From positions 1-64,000 of the IMG/VR virus record IMGVR_UViG_3300012952_003943: 64,000 bases of DNA; one strand, written 5' to 3'. Under the pieces are notes generated by a model. It had not been told where the DNA came from and did not search any database. It saw only the letters and a program-made list of their open reading frames with translations. The stretch is from a virus (taxonomy: Duplodnaviria; Caudoviricetes). Below, one piece after another: positions 20,601 through 29,518 of this stretch (positions within the stretch are counted from its first letter, which is position 1; each line of letters begins with the position of its first letter). Position numbers and translations under genes: made by a program.

Positions 20601-22285
20601 TCAGATGCATCGAACTTTTTATCACCAAGCTTATTAAGCCTGAACTTAAAATTATGAGTCGGGGAAAGCCAGTCATAATTTATGCGAACTGAGCTTTCGT
20701 CGTTTTGCCTTTTGGGATTATTTTCGCTTAACAGGCCATAACTGTGCCTTGATATTGCCCTGTACATGTCTTCCAAAAACTGGCCTAAGACCTTTGTGTT
20801 TGAAAACTTTTCATATCCTTCATCAGAGAAATCTAGAAGGTTTACAAAGACAGACCTAAGATCTAAGCTCTCATTTTGTGGATTTGACTCGCCGCCTGAC
20901 TCTAAAAGCTGCTGCGCAGATGCCGCTATTTTGCTTGAATTATCCTTTATGTCCAGCGAAAGCTTTGCAGCATCAAACTCGCCGATTGTAGATGACAGAA
21001 CTTCAATAAACTTTTTGATCTGAACCATCTCATTAGAATAGTTTTCTGCCAGGGCAGTGTATGAAGACTCTACGTCTTCTGCTTTTATCTGTGAAACTGC
21101 ATCCTCAACATTCTCAATCTTTAATTGCCTGGCCAAGTAGCGTACGTCAAATAGATCACTAATATTGTTCTTTTGCCCAGAGTCTTTATAGATCGGTAAG
21201 AAATCCAAGACACCAATAACCTCAGGCCGGTATGAACTTACGGACGCGTCTCTTAAAACTGCAGGTAATCCCATAGGGGACTCATATATAAATTCATCAG
21301 ATGTTGATGATGCATCAATATCCGGTGGCGGGTTAGGCTTTACAGGGACCGGGGGAATGCTAAATATCTTGATTGTCGGCATGGGATTAATCATCGTTGC
21401 CGCCTGAAGCCCTCTAGATAGTTTAAGGGTTGTTTCAGGAACTATCGCCCTCCACGGTCCTCGCCTTCTTAGGAGTGTTTGCTTTTTTGAATAGTTTAAT
21501 CTAACCCTTTTTGACGCAGCATACTCTTTTTTTGCAGCAGGTGATAGAGCAGATGAGATTCTTCGCTTTCGAATGACCAACTGCCTATTCTGTACAACCG
21601 CTGCATCTCTAGCTCCAAGTGCAGATGACTTAAGTTTTGCTGCAGATAGTGCAATGCGGCTGACTCCAGGGTTCAGGTTTGATGCAATTGCCCTAGTTAC
21701 ACTTCTCCCCTTTGCGACAGTTCTTGCTCTAGTTCCAATCTTAGAACCTGCATATATGGTGTGTGGCTTTTTTCTTGCTCTTGCCATGGCAACATTTTGA
21801 GAACCCTTTTCACGGTTCATGTTCCCAGCCTGCTCAGCCATAGTCCTCGCCTGCTGAGCAATCAGCTCTTTTTTATAGGGCGCGCCCTTTGACGACTTAG
21901 TGATTATCCCAGATGTTGCAGATCCTGGAGTGTCAGCTGCTGCAGTTATAGCAGACTTTGCCCCTTTTGATATTGCGGCTGATTTCTTTGCACCACGTGC
22001 TGACTTTGAAGAGCGCTTGATTATGCTAGCGCCTCTTTTTAGCCGAGAGTTTCTATGTTTTTTTGAAGTAGACTTTCCCTTTGCTGTACCAGAGATGCTG
22101 ATCCCTATTCTCTGGTTGTCATCTATGTCGACGACTTTTGACTCATTGGAAGATGATTTTGCGATTGCAACATTTACGTTCATCTTTTCGCCGACCTGAT
22201 CTTTTAAAGATCTTGTTCCTCCGCGAGCATTTTTAATTGCCTTAATGTTGAGATAATTTCTGCGCCTTTTACTCTTAATTGACAT
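17627..22285 (-). CDS. Very large putative virion protein with a highly basic N-terminal region
   Basis: About 1550 aa. True start is probably the ATG at 22285 (GGAGG RBS, 1 nt after the upstream stop), not 22372. The first ~280 aa are K/R/A/S-rich. Confidence 0.6.
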   Translation of the reverse strand: MSIKSKRRRNYLNIKAIKNARGGTRSLKDQVGEKMNVNVAIAKSSSNESKVVDIDDNQRIGISISGTAKGKSTSKKHRNSRLKRGASIIKRSSKSARGAKKSAAISKGAKSAITAAADTPGSATSGIITKSSKGAPYKKELIAQQARTMAEQAGNMNREKGSQNVAMARARKKPHTIYAGSKIGTRARTVAKGRSVTRAIASNLNPGVSRIALSAAKLKSSALGARDAAVVQNRQLVIRKRRISSALSPAAKKEYAASKRVRLNYSKKQTLLRRRGPWRAIVPETTLKLSRGLQAATMINPMPTIKIFSIPPVPVKPNPPPDIDASSTSDEFIYESPMGLPAVLRDASVSSYRPEVIGVLDFLPIYKDSGQKNNISDLFDVRYLARQLKIENVEDAVSQIKAEDVESSYTALAENYSNEMVQIKKFIEVLSSTIGEFDAAKLSLDIKDNSSKIAASAQQLLESGGESNPQNESLDLRSVFVNLLDFSDEGYEKFSNTKVLGQFLEDMYRAISRHSYGLLSENNPKRQNDESSVRINYDWLSPTHNFKFRLNKLGDKKFDASDSNDYMTFLDSLPTDLESTLKLLIVSLSRELTMSAGIGYLKNKTLGKRFKVADSRSAGLHQSLGDTGRTILSATRPKGSIADFMIIEDSSGNKILPFETRPFRDSRNQVFYPGSFAFIDVALRGPLDPKVTRKPLDVGPYVAFANEFNKVTSDATEFLSLLVNTDDEDETLFPSSIYRDALRSVHECISGMSSKTNVDKRQLIIASLLRQCKDDRTMRHAVFLYLMQLRDILDDTTKGSKDSRQLKPFRRETQVKSRSRRHTRRSTLSTVGTSAPQMSKNTSKAFPNSNLTAVPRIDPKIIANAIKNPLADISKEIAGHYEENIEKASTRESRGFRRYRVDPESVYTTMLSLSSTTRRSKDLLTSILDFSKTLQASAADLSRRDSGSSTFTDEGTTLWNKLDEDAILMLVFEIFINLTSRYVSSTAVNIKGKNYTAFKVDSNENTKDAIGELLGIAKVKDKLIVDRLRETRSKRSTSFSQMSRDLLAERGSMSLTAAANQNDDSEDSDAVFDNMYSTLESLVTDLEFIKNGLAILDALGTSVNESAVRLSDFLDLRNSTSDIKKSLKVMTGNPMGRRILSSLSDSQVRLMRVLSKELSAENTNDSYISSQRTITENEVNAMRVILKDPYLSGITAENVRVLSVGIPAGMIGALLNPPYILGKKVSTESLSDEAVIKVNVYKRDLEFGDLVFKPKTFLFDASMFLMPGAFEEIDDKRDTLQSMLSSKVKFSKITYSEERSSMLGNEIIENNVYSSIDNLSVGKMLSNHAVDYILKLYYQLLFGMNITESTFTESDSVLDLTIDSDGMSTLMLSETSEAVAPFITTGDVPVSNLLRTVTTRGTTTVRVANEFSAKRYLVPSINEVLTTGDDTQEELERPELSYADLDNFRMLCSSNLFSSAIMKQRIIAPKVFDRVFMLAVEPDDFDIDIDATRETDAGKQMYNSKLLSELTQEVMDDAGNTTYRLKPRARSENYSSFSEFFVTVSLGHEGGE

Positions 22286-22286
22286 G

Positions 22287-24923
22287 TTATCCTCCCACCA
22301 CGAAAACAGGGTACTCTTCGCTTTCAGTAACGTTGGCACCCTCTGATTCTTGGCCGTAAGTATAGTCAGCAAATACAGGGACTATAGAGTATGTAGTTGT
22401 CCCTATCTCAGAACCAAGATCATCATCCACATATTCAAATTTACCGGTTGAAGACATGTTGTGTACTGTACCTATAGGACTTTTAACTCCCTCATGCTCA
22501 GCCAAAATGATAAAATGATCAATTTCGTCTAGCGCACCGAGTGCAGTCCATCCTATAATCGTCTCATATTCTCCTGAGGATGCAGCATTCACAGAAGTAA
22601 TTTGTGTCCTTTGACTGGGTATTGAAACGTCTGCGCTTACGTCGATTGATGATCTTCCTTGCAGGAACTGATTTTTTGGTACAAGGCCAGACAAAGATGA
22701 AGCACCAAGACCCCTAGCAGTCGAAGGAATAACGCCTGTTCGCAGAGTAAAGGGATTTAAAAACTTTGAGACCTTTAACTGAAAATCTCTATCTGTGTCT
22801 ATATTAACACTAAGCTCAGTCGTATCTGAAAACAGAGAACCAGGATCTCTCATTAATGCCTTACATGTGTACCTATAGGTCCTTCCGGGCAAGGTATCGG
22901 TCACACCTGCTTTCGCTCTTGTCTCCCTGTTATCAATAAATACACCTATTTTTTGCACACCAAAAGTTTCTGTTTCACCTGATATGTTATCCTGTCTTTC
23001 TACCAACGCTGCTATCATAGATGAGAGGCGGCCTCTATTGTCTGAGATTTCTTTTTGAAAGTCTGCGGAAACACCTGCCTGATCTAGCAACTGTAAGACC
23101 TGATTGTACCCTTCATCCGTGAATGCGGCTGTAACATCGAAACTAACAGTTGCGGTACCGCTGTCATCTATCGTTACTGTTGGTTGCCCCAGAGATAATG
23201 TTATATTATCTTGCTCAAAGTCAACGATATGCTCATGAAGCACATCTACTTTTCCTAAAACTTTTTTTCCAGAAGGGTATATCATCACACATTGATATCG
23301 ATATATCCTGTTTGGTTTTGCGTCAGGATCTACAAATATTAGCTCTGTCGACTCTGATGTTATCGGTATTACCTGATCATCAGGATCCTTTCCGATAATT
23401 TCGCAATGCCCGTGGTGTGGTCGAGTCGCACACTTATTTGTCATGTTTGTCTTTAATATGTACGCAGCAATTGGTCCCTCAGGAATATTGCTCAACCTGA
23501 TCCTCACTCCGCTTAAAGAAGACTCAGCAAAAATTGAAACATGCTCAAAGTCACCGCTTTTAACGCTCCCCTTTGTTGGCAGCGAAAGGGCCCTTGAAAC
23601 AGCATTCCTAAAACCCCTTGACTTTGTCCCCCTAGGGCCCACTGCAACAGCACGATATATACATGTCATCGTGTTGTTTACTTCATCTGTGTAGTTCATC
23701 GAGCCGTCATCATATCCTAGCGATAATACTGTAATTTTTTTATACCCCCTAGAAATACTAGCGTCTTTAGGGTTCAGGTATTTTCTATACAGAATGATCT
23801 TTGTTCCCATGGGATCAAGCTGCTGAAGTTGCAGCCTATTCAACCCCAGCGTAGAACTTGAGATCTGGATTGAGGGCGGAGCTTTTGGAGTAAAGTATTC
23901 GTCTAGCTTTTTCTCGTGATTTACCTCCCTCACAGTTTGGTAAACTATTTGCCCTCTAGAGCCAAGAAGCTCGAACAAGAAATACAGCTTTGAAGAGCCT
24001 TTTCCGGCGCGCCTATTAATATAGACAACCTGGTTCATGCCTTTCCACCGAGCAGGAACGATCTTCCTTATTATATTGGTATTTGTCGTGACTGTTGATA
24101 TACCTCCATGGCGGCGAGTCTTTCTGTCTCTTTGAAAATGTGTCATTAAGTTCTTTGTTGAATTATGAAACCTGCCCCTGCGTAGTGCAAGAGATTTTTT
24201 TCGTGCCGCTTTTACCCTAGCGATCTTTGAAGACACGTCCCTAGCCCTTTGCTGACGTCCATACTTCTGAATTCGGACACGCATCGCTCTTGTACTTCCT
24301 GAACCTTTAATTCCTTGGGTGGCATCCCTAGAAGAAATAAGGGGAAAGTCAATATTACCAACAAAAGAAGGGTCAATGCCATGATTAATAATTGATTTTA
24401 CGGCGCTCGACCTGATAGACTTTCCTAATATCCTGTCTTTTGTTGTTAAAAGAGACAGTGACGTATTTGCGCTTTCTTGATTTTTGGTCTTAGATGCCTC
24501 TGTAGACTTTACGGCACGAAGGATTGTCTTGTTTCCAACTAGTCGGTCGGCCTGATCAGGGGCACGAAGGATCCTTTGAGCTACCTCATTATTAATCGAA
24601 GAAGTAATATCACCGTATGATCTACCGACAAACCTCTCCTTAGACTTTCTTATCTGATCCTTTCTAGACGAAAACCTTGTTTGAACATTTTTGACTACGC
24701 CCCTAGAAGTTTGAACGCCTTGAAAAAAGCTACTTCTGACTAACGGATTTCTTGTATACACTGTCATCCTGACTATTTTTGCATCGCGTAGAATGCTATT
24801 CGGTATATTTGCGAAATAGTTTATCCTATAAACAGGCCTGCCGAACCTATCAATATCCACTAGTCTTGCAAAGTCTTTATCAATCTTTAAAACACTTTTG
24901 ACTTGTTTTAAGTTAATCTTCAT
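22287..24923 (-). CDS. Putative virion structural protein with several FN3-like modules
   Basis: 878 aa; repeated strands TCIYRAVAV, NRIYRYQCV, GRTYRYTCKA and TYSIVPV; internal R/K-rich segment. Confidence 0.55.
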   Translation of the reverse strand: MKINLKQVKSVLKIDKDFARLVDIDRFGRPVYRINYFANIPNSILRDAKIVRMTVYTRNPLVRSSFFQGVQTSRGVVKNVQTRFSSRKDQIRKSKERFVGRSYGDITSSINNEVAQRILRAPDQADRLVGNKTILRAVKSTEASKTKNQESANTSLSLLTTKDRILGKSIRSSAVKSIINHGIDPSFVGNIDFPLISSRDATQGIKGSGSTRAMRVRIQKYGRQQRARDVSSKIARVKAARKKSLALRRGRFHNSTKNLMTHFQRDRKTRRHGGISTVTTNTNIIRKIVPARWKGMNQVVYINRRAGKGSSKLYFLFELLGSRGQIVYQTVREVNHEKKLDEYFTPKAPPSIQISSSTLGLNRLQLQQLDPMGTKIILYRKYLNPKDASISRGYKKITVLSLGYDDGSMNYTDEVNNTMTCIYRAVAVGPRGTKSRGFRNAVSRALSLPTKGSVKSGDFEHVSIFAESSLSGVRIRLSNIPEGPIAAYILKTNMTNKCATRPHHGHCEIIGKDPDDQVIPITSESTELIFVDPDAKPNRIYRYQCVMIYPSGKKVLGKVDVLHEHIVDFEQDNITLSLGQPTVTIDDSGTATVSFDVTAAFTDEGYNQVLQLLDQAGVSADFQKEISDNRGRLSSMIAALVERQDNISGETETFGVQKIGVFIDNRETRAKAGVTDTLPGRTYRYTCKALMRDPGSLFSDTTELSVNIDTDRDFQLKVSKFLNPFTLRTGVIPSTARGLGASSLSGLVPKNQFLQGRSSIDVSADVSIPSQRTQITSVNAASSGEYETIIGWTALGALDEIDHFIILAEHEGVKSPIGTVHNMSSTGKFEYVDDDLGSEIGTTTYSIVPVFADYTYGQESEGANVTESEEYPVFVVGG

Positions 24924-24927
24924 ATCG

Positions 24928-25875
24928 TTAGTCCAAAATTACCGTAAATAGATTCACAAACGTTGCATTACCAAAGTCGTCCTGGTATACCCTTCCCAGA
25001 AAAAATACCCTAACACCAGCAGAGTATGGATCTTCATCAGGAAACTCCCCAAAGTCTATGATCGCCAACTTTTCAATCCCGTCCGGGCGGACGTCTAACA
25101 TTTGACACACTATGTTATTATCTTTTGAGGTTTCTGAAAATCTTATTTCAATTGACTCTTTATTTTCCAACTGCTGCATTAAATCTTGATAAGTTAAGAT
25201 TTGTGCTTGATTTAATTTCTTGTACGTACCAAGAGGCTTTCCAGTAGTCCTGCCTGCCTCCCTCCTGTTAACAGGAGGTAAGTACCTATAGTTAGGAAGG
25301 TGTGATAACCTAACATCCTGGAAAAGGCTCTCAACATCATTAATTGATGACTTTGTAATACTGCCGGCCTGAAATGGCACTGAATCTGTGATCCTAAACT
25401 TCATGTCTTTGGGGTACAAAGAAAATGCATTACTTTCTGAAAATGGATCTGTCGTTCCGATGATATATTGATCCTGAAAGTTTGTCGTTGATGTCTCAAG
25501 CACCCGTTGCGCAGCACTGCGGATGGAACCTGTCAATACCTGCAGCCTCTTTCCAGACGGAGCAGACTCAGAGGGTGCAGAACCTGACAGTAGTTTTCCT
25601 CCTGATATTTCTACATCACCGCCTCGAAACGGCATAAGCCGGCCGGCATCATCTGTCTCAAAAATAATTTGATCTTGCTGGCGATTGCACGCTTCAAAAT
25701 ACAGCCTCGATGACGCATCATCAGCGATACTTCCGGAGTTGCCGGTATAAAACGTTCCCATATCGGTAAAACTAGCAAACTTAATTTGCAGTTCTCCGTC
25801 AGCAACCTGCCGTCGCCCTTCAAGAGTAATGATCGTATCCATTACTCGCTTTTTGTTATTTAGTATGCCTGCCAT
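24928..25875 (-). CDS. Baseplate/tail structural protein, N-terminally paralogous to 15098..15808
   Basis: N-terminus DTIITLEGRRQVADGELQIKFASFTD aligns by eye with DAVLTDTGRAFLARNDGSFSIVKFAFGD. Confidence 0.55.
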   Translation of the reverse strand: MAGILNNKKRVMDTIITLEGRRQVADGELQIKFASFTDMGTFYTGNSGSIADDASSRLYFEACNRQQDQIIFETDDAGRLMPFRGGDVEISGGKLLSGSAPSESAPSGKRLQVLTGSIRSAAQRVLETSTTNFQDQYIIGTTDPFSESNAFSLYPKDMKFRITDSVPFQAGSITKSSINDVESLFQDVRLSHLPNYRYLPPVNRREAGRTTGKPLGTYKKLNQAQILTYQDLMQQLENKESIEIRFSETSKDNNIVCQMLDVRPDGIEKLAIIDFGEFPDEDPYSAGVRVFFLGRVYQDDFGNATFVNLFTVILD

Positions 25876-25880
25876 ATCCT

Positions 25881-25888
25881 ATAACTAT
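25881..25888 (-). promoter_or_regulatory. Candidate late promoter ATAGTTAT
   Basis: ATA-N-TTA copy in an 18-nt intergenic gap. Confidence 0.4.
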
Positions 25889-25893
25889 CCTCA

Positions 25894-28800
25894 TCAAGAA
25901 GTCGTTAGCGAAAGAGTAAAAGAGATTATCTCTAAACACACTCCAGTAAAGCTACTGCAGTCTGAAACGTCGAGGTTTCCATTTAGGTTATTATAGTTCC
26001 CGAATACCCATGAGGTTGAGTTGACTACCTGGTCTGCAAGATCGTCCGCGACTATAAGCGCAGATGAACCGTATATGTCTGACGACACAGACATTACATA
26101 CGGAACTTGCCAAAATGGATTTGATTGAATTCTTCCAGCGGTGCTGTTCGGCATGTTAGTATTAACTCCAGAAGAGTACTGCTCAGGAGCGCAAAATACT
26201 AATGCTAGCCTACCCCCGGCAGCGACTTGCTTATCATTCGTAAATGGGATTGTGACTACACAGTCAACGAGCTGGTTCACTCGCGTTGCTTTTGTTACTG
26301 AGTACTCTACCTGGAGACGCGCAGGAAACTTTCCGCTCCCATCACCCCAGCCTTCACTTCGATAATTTGCCGACGGAATTGCCAGTTCGCTACCCCCAGA
26401 TATCCATGCCATTGACTGGCGATTATTCACATAAGGTATTTTGCTAATTGGTCGGATGATTGTTGATCCAGCCTCAAAGTCTCCTGCGCTGCTTAAAGCA
26501 AAGTTTGTACTGTCAGCATAGTCAGCTGATGCATCAGTTCCGAGATTTATGAGATAACAATCAATAAAACTTCTTGCAGTTCCAGTAAATATGCTAGCCT
26601 GCCTTTCATATGAGCTAGATGAGCCTCGGGTGAAATTTTGATCCCTGACCCTGACCTTTGCAGTAATCGTCATAGAGTCTACGCTTATCGTTGATGCCGT
26701 ATTATTTTGAAATACTGTCATATCTTCGACAAAGTCTTCAATGATAAATGGGGTGTGGGAAGCTGCGCCTTCCAGATAAAGCTGGGCTGGATTCCTACAT
26801 GTCTCTGCGTTGCCGCTAGAGTTATTTTTTGCAACAGCCCAACCATTCCACTTCACAGATCCCCCAGGGCCTGGTGTTGCCATGGGGTGATATCCTGATC
26901 CTGTACCGGAGAATCCTTGGCTTCCAGCGCCCTCTGTTCCTATCTTAACAGAGTCGCCGGAAAGATAAGAGAACCACTGTGGATACGCGGATGTGACCCG
27001 AGTATATTCCCAATGCCTAAGGTCCGATTGTGATGCTGAATCTCCCGTAAAGTCATTTGAATATAATCCAAACCCCAACCGATCTACTAAGTTACTGCCG
27101 AAGTTTTGCTGATCATTCTTTAGATCGCTAGTCATATCTGTGTAGTACGCCGAGTAGGTTCGGCTACCGACCGTCGACCACTCTGTGCTCGAAACTATTA
27201 GTGCCTTGCCATTAATGGCTTGGCTTGCGGACGTTCCATCGATTCCTGCCTTTGACTTTGTTAGGTTTTGATTTAACACATACGATGTTGAGTTCCCTAA
27301 TGAATCCTTGATAGTCATTGTATACTCAATTGAAGCAACATCATGAGAGTTAGAGAATGAGGTTGGGTTATTTGTTGTAACCGTTGTGCTTGAATGAGTA
27401 AGTGTTGTAGGGGCAGTGATTCTATTCGCCGCTGTCGCAACAACCTTGAATGTAGAATTACTAGATAAACTAGCATCTGCAGTCAGCGCTGTTGATCCCT
27501 CGTAAGCCTTGAATGTTGCAGCTGCCGGTGCATAGTCTGATACTACTCCTGCGCTTGATGCAGGAAGTGTAACTGCGTTTGGTGTCCAGTCAAATGTAAT
27601 TCCTGACTGGCCAACTTGTCCCTGGGCACGTTTTTGGATAGACAGGACCATCGCTCCTGTGTGTGTTGTGCCCCCTAAGTTTCCGGATGTTGGAAAGCTT
27701 ACCTGAATCCCTGTCCACTTTACACTTGCGGCAGGTGACGTCTGCGTTGCATTTTCGACTAGAGCCTTGCATTGATTTGATACAGCAGATAGCTGCAACC
27801 GAAGAAGTTCGTTATTTCCACCGTCGTATATTTCAACTTCATGATTAGAAGAGTCATAAGTTACTGAAATACTTGGGATTGTTGCGCCGTTTTCATCAAT
27901 TGCAATTGCCGACCAGGATGAGCTAGTTTGATCAAATGAATATTGGTTTGTGCTAGGTGATGTTCCACCGGTCAAATTAAACTGTAATGTCGTCGTTAGG
28001 CTAACCACAGCTGCTGTTGAAAATGATCCTGCACCGTACGTCGGGGTCCAGTCGCTAGTACTATCAAGCGCTATCACCTGAGGCTTCCAAGCAGCAGATA
28101 GGCCGTCTCTTCCGTCATCACCCTTTCTGGCCTTTGATATTGACTGTACAACACTAGCGCCTGAAATCGTGGTACCATTTGCCTTCTTTATTTCTAATGT
28201 CCATACAATCGTAGTACTATCACTGCTCATTGAGCTTATTGCAGCATACTGAAGACTGCTGGTACCGGCACCACTCTCATTTGATGTTGATTGATTGGTA
28301 GTACCTGCACTGATTGCTGTTACCTTAAACTGCCCAGCGGACAGTGATCCCCCATACGCAACTGATGTCAGGGCCGTTCCACCCTCCAAAACCTTGATTG
28401 TTGCAGCAGTTGGAGCAAAGCTGGCCACATTGCCTGATGCATCTGAAGCTAGGGTAACTGCGGCCGGTGTAACTGACATTGATACCCCTAATCCATCTTG
28501 GCCTGCAGTTGCCTTAGATATACTCTGGATTACCGCCGATGTTTGTGATGATCCGTCTGATAGCTTTGCTTCTATGTCCCACTTTATTTCTGTGGAAGGG
28601 GTTGACATCGATGATATCGCACCATACGGTAGGCTACCCCCTGAGGGTGTGCCCTCATTGGATGTTGCTTGGTTGGTTGATCCTGCTACAATTGATGTAA
28701 CCCTAAACTGGCCGTTGGACAACGAGCCACCATGGGCAACAGCGGTAAGTGATGAAGCACCTTCAGTGACGACTATGGTACATGCTGTGCCGCTATAATC

Positions 28801-29505
28801 GCTGACAGCACCTTGGCTGTCGGCCGGTAACGTAACTGAGTTTGGCTTTACACTATAGCTGGTACCCCCAATACCCTCGACTGTAACTGTGTAAACGTGG
28901 GGAAATGTAGCGCTAACAGCAACCCCATCAGCGGTGTATGCGTATATCGTCACGCTAAGAGTATTGACTGCGGTTGTAGATCCTGTCCAGTTGCTAGGGG
29001 TGATATGTGCTTGATTATTGACTTTAGTAATAGCAGCAGACAGGCTGGACATCGAGTTTAAAGAGATGTAATATGTACCTTGCTTTTGATAGCTGGCACT
29101 ATTTGAGTCTTCATATGTGTATGTTGTTGCACCTGAATTAACATACACATCAAATTCACCAACTGAGTAGTTTGTAACGCCTGTCTGGGTATCATACGGA
29201 AACTGTGTATTGTCTTTTGTGATTCCCCATGTAAGTCCAGTGGTAGGCTGTCCCCCTACATCAAGCTCATCGCATGTGATCTTGCCATAAACACGTAGGT
29301 TTGCGCCGAAACTTGATCTACCGATTAAGACATCATGAATCGTGGAAATGTATATGATGTCTTTTGAGATACCATCATTTCTAGAAAACCAAAATACACT
29401 TTTCCGGAGCTTGTCTATGGGAATTTGCGGGTCATGTACAGCAGTATGGGGAGCTTTTGGTTTTGCCTTTTGAGGCCGGCCCCTTACTTTCCATTTCTTA
29501 GCCAC
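25894..29505 (-). CDS. Putative tail fibre / receptor-binding protein with tandem Ig-like repeats
   Basis: 1203 aa, very Ser/Thr/Gly/Ala-rich, with 3-4 ~125-aa repeats mostly ending SKxxxGxDG; GTG start with a GGGGGA RBS. Confidence 0.7.
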   Translation of the reverse strand: MAKKWKVRGRPQKAKPKAPHTAVHDPQIPIDKLRKSVFWFSRNDGISKDIIYISTIHDVLIGRSSFGANLRVYGKITCDELDVGGQPTTGLTWGITKDNTQFPYDTQTGVTNYSVGEFDVYVNSGATTYTYEDSNSASYQKQGTYYISLNSMSSLSAAITKVNNQAHITPSNWTGSTTAVNTLSVTIYAYTADGVAVSATFPHVYTVTVEGIGGTSYSVKPNSVTLPADSQGAVSDYSGTACTIVVTEGASSLTAVAHGGSLSNGQFRVTSIVAGSTNQATSNEGTPSGGSLPYGAISSMSTPSTEIKWDIEAKLSDGSSQTSAVIQSISKATAGQDGLGVSMSVTPAAVTLASDASGNVASFAPTAATIKVLEGGTALTSVAYGGSLSAGQFKVTAISAGTTNQSTSNESGAGTSSLQYAAISSMSSDSTTIVWTLEIKKANGTTISGASVVQSISKARKGDDGRDGLSAAWKPQVIALDSTSDWTPTYGAGSFSTAAVVSLTTTLQFNLTGGTSPSTNQYSFDQTSSSWSAIAIDENGATIPSISVTYDSSNHEVEIYDGGNNELLRLQLSAVSNQCKALVENATQTSPAASVKWTGIQVSFPTSGNLGGTTHTGAMVLSIQKRAQGQVGQSGITFDWTPNAVTLPASSAGVVSDYAPAAATFKAYEGSTALTADASLSSNSTFKVVATAANRITAPTTLTHSSTTVTTNNPTSFSNSHDVASIEYTMTIKDSLGNSTSYVLNQNLTKSKAGIDGTSASQAINGKALIVSSTEWSTVGSRTYSAYYTDMTSDLKNDQQNFGSNLVDRLGFGLYSNDFTGDSASQSDLRHWEYTRVTSAYPQWFSYLSGDSVKIGTEGAGSQGFSGTGSGYHPMATPGPGGSVKWNGWAVAKNNSSGNAETCRNPAQLYLEGAASHTPFIIEDFVEDMTVFQNNTASTISVDSMTITAKVRVRDQNFTRGSSSSYERQASIFTGTARSFIDCYLINLGTDASADYADSTNFALSSAGDFEAGSTIIRPISKIPYVNNRQSMAWISGGSELAIPSANYRSEGWGDGSGKFPARLQVEYSVTKATRVNQLVDCVVTIPFTNDKQVAAGGRLALVFCAPEQYSSGVNTNMPNSTAGRIQSNPFWQVPYVMSVSSDIYGSSALIVADDLADQVVNSTSWVFGNYNNLNGNLDVSDCSSFTGVCLEIISFTLSLTTS
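27235..28875 (-). repeat. Protein-level tandem repeats in the fibre gene (units 28492-28875, 28102-28491, 27601-28101 diverged, 27235-27600)
   Basis: Units 1, 2 and 4 share the PxxVTLxxxxxGxVxxY/F...T...EG..L.......F.V pattern and end in SISKATAGQDG / SISKARKGDDG / LTKSKAGIDG; unit 3 is diverged. Confidence 0.8.
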
Positions 29506-29518
29506 TTAGTCCCCCGCA

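Noticed and set aside
22286-22372. Track N-terminal extension of ORF 17627..22372 (similarly 5968, 1879, 50088, 51917 starts)
   Set aside because: Downstream ATGs give better RBS spacing or typical stop/start coupling; three of the extensions (22372, 1879, 51917) would also run further into the upstream gene.
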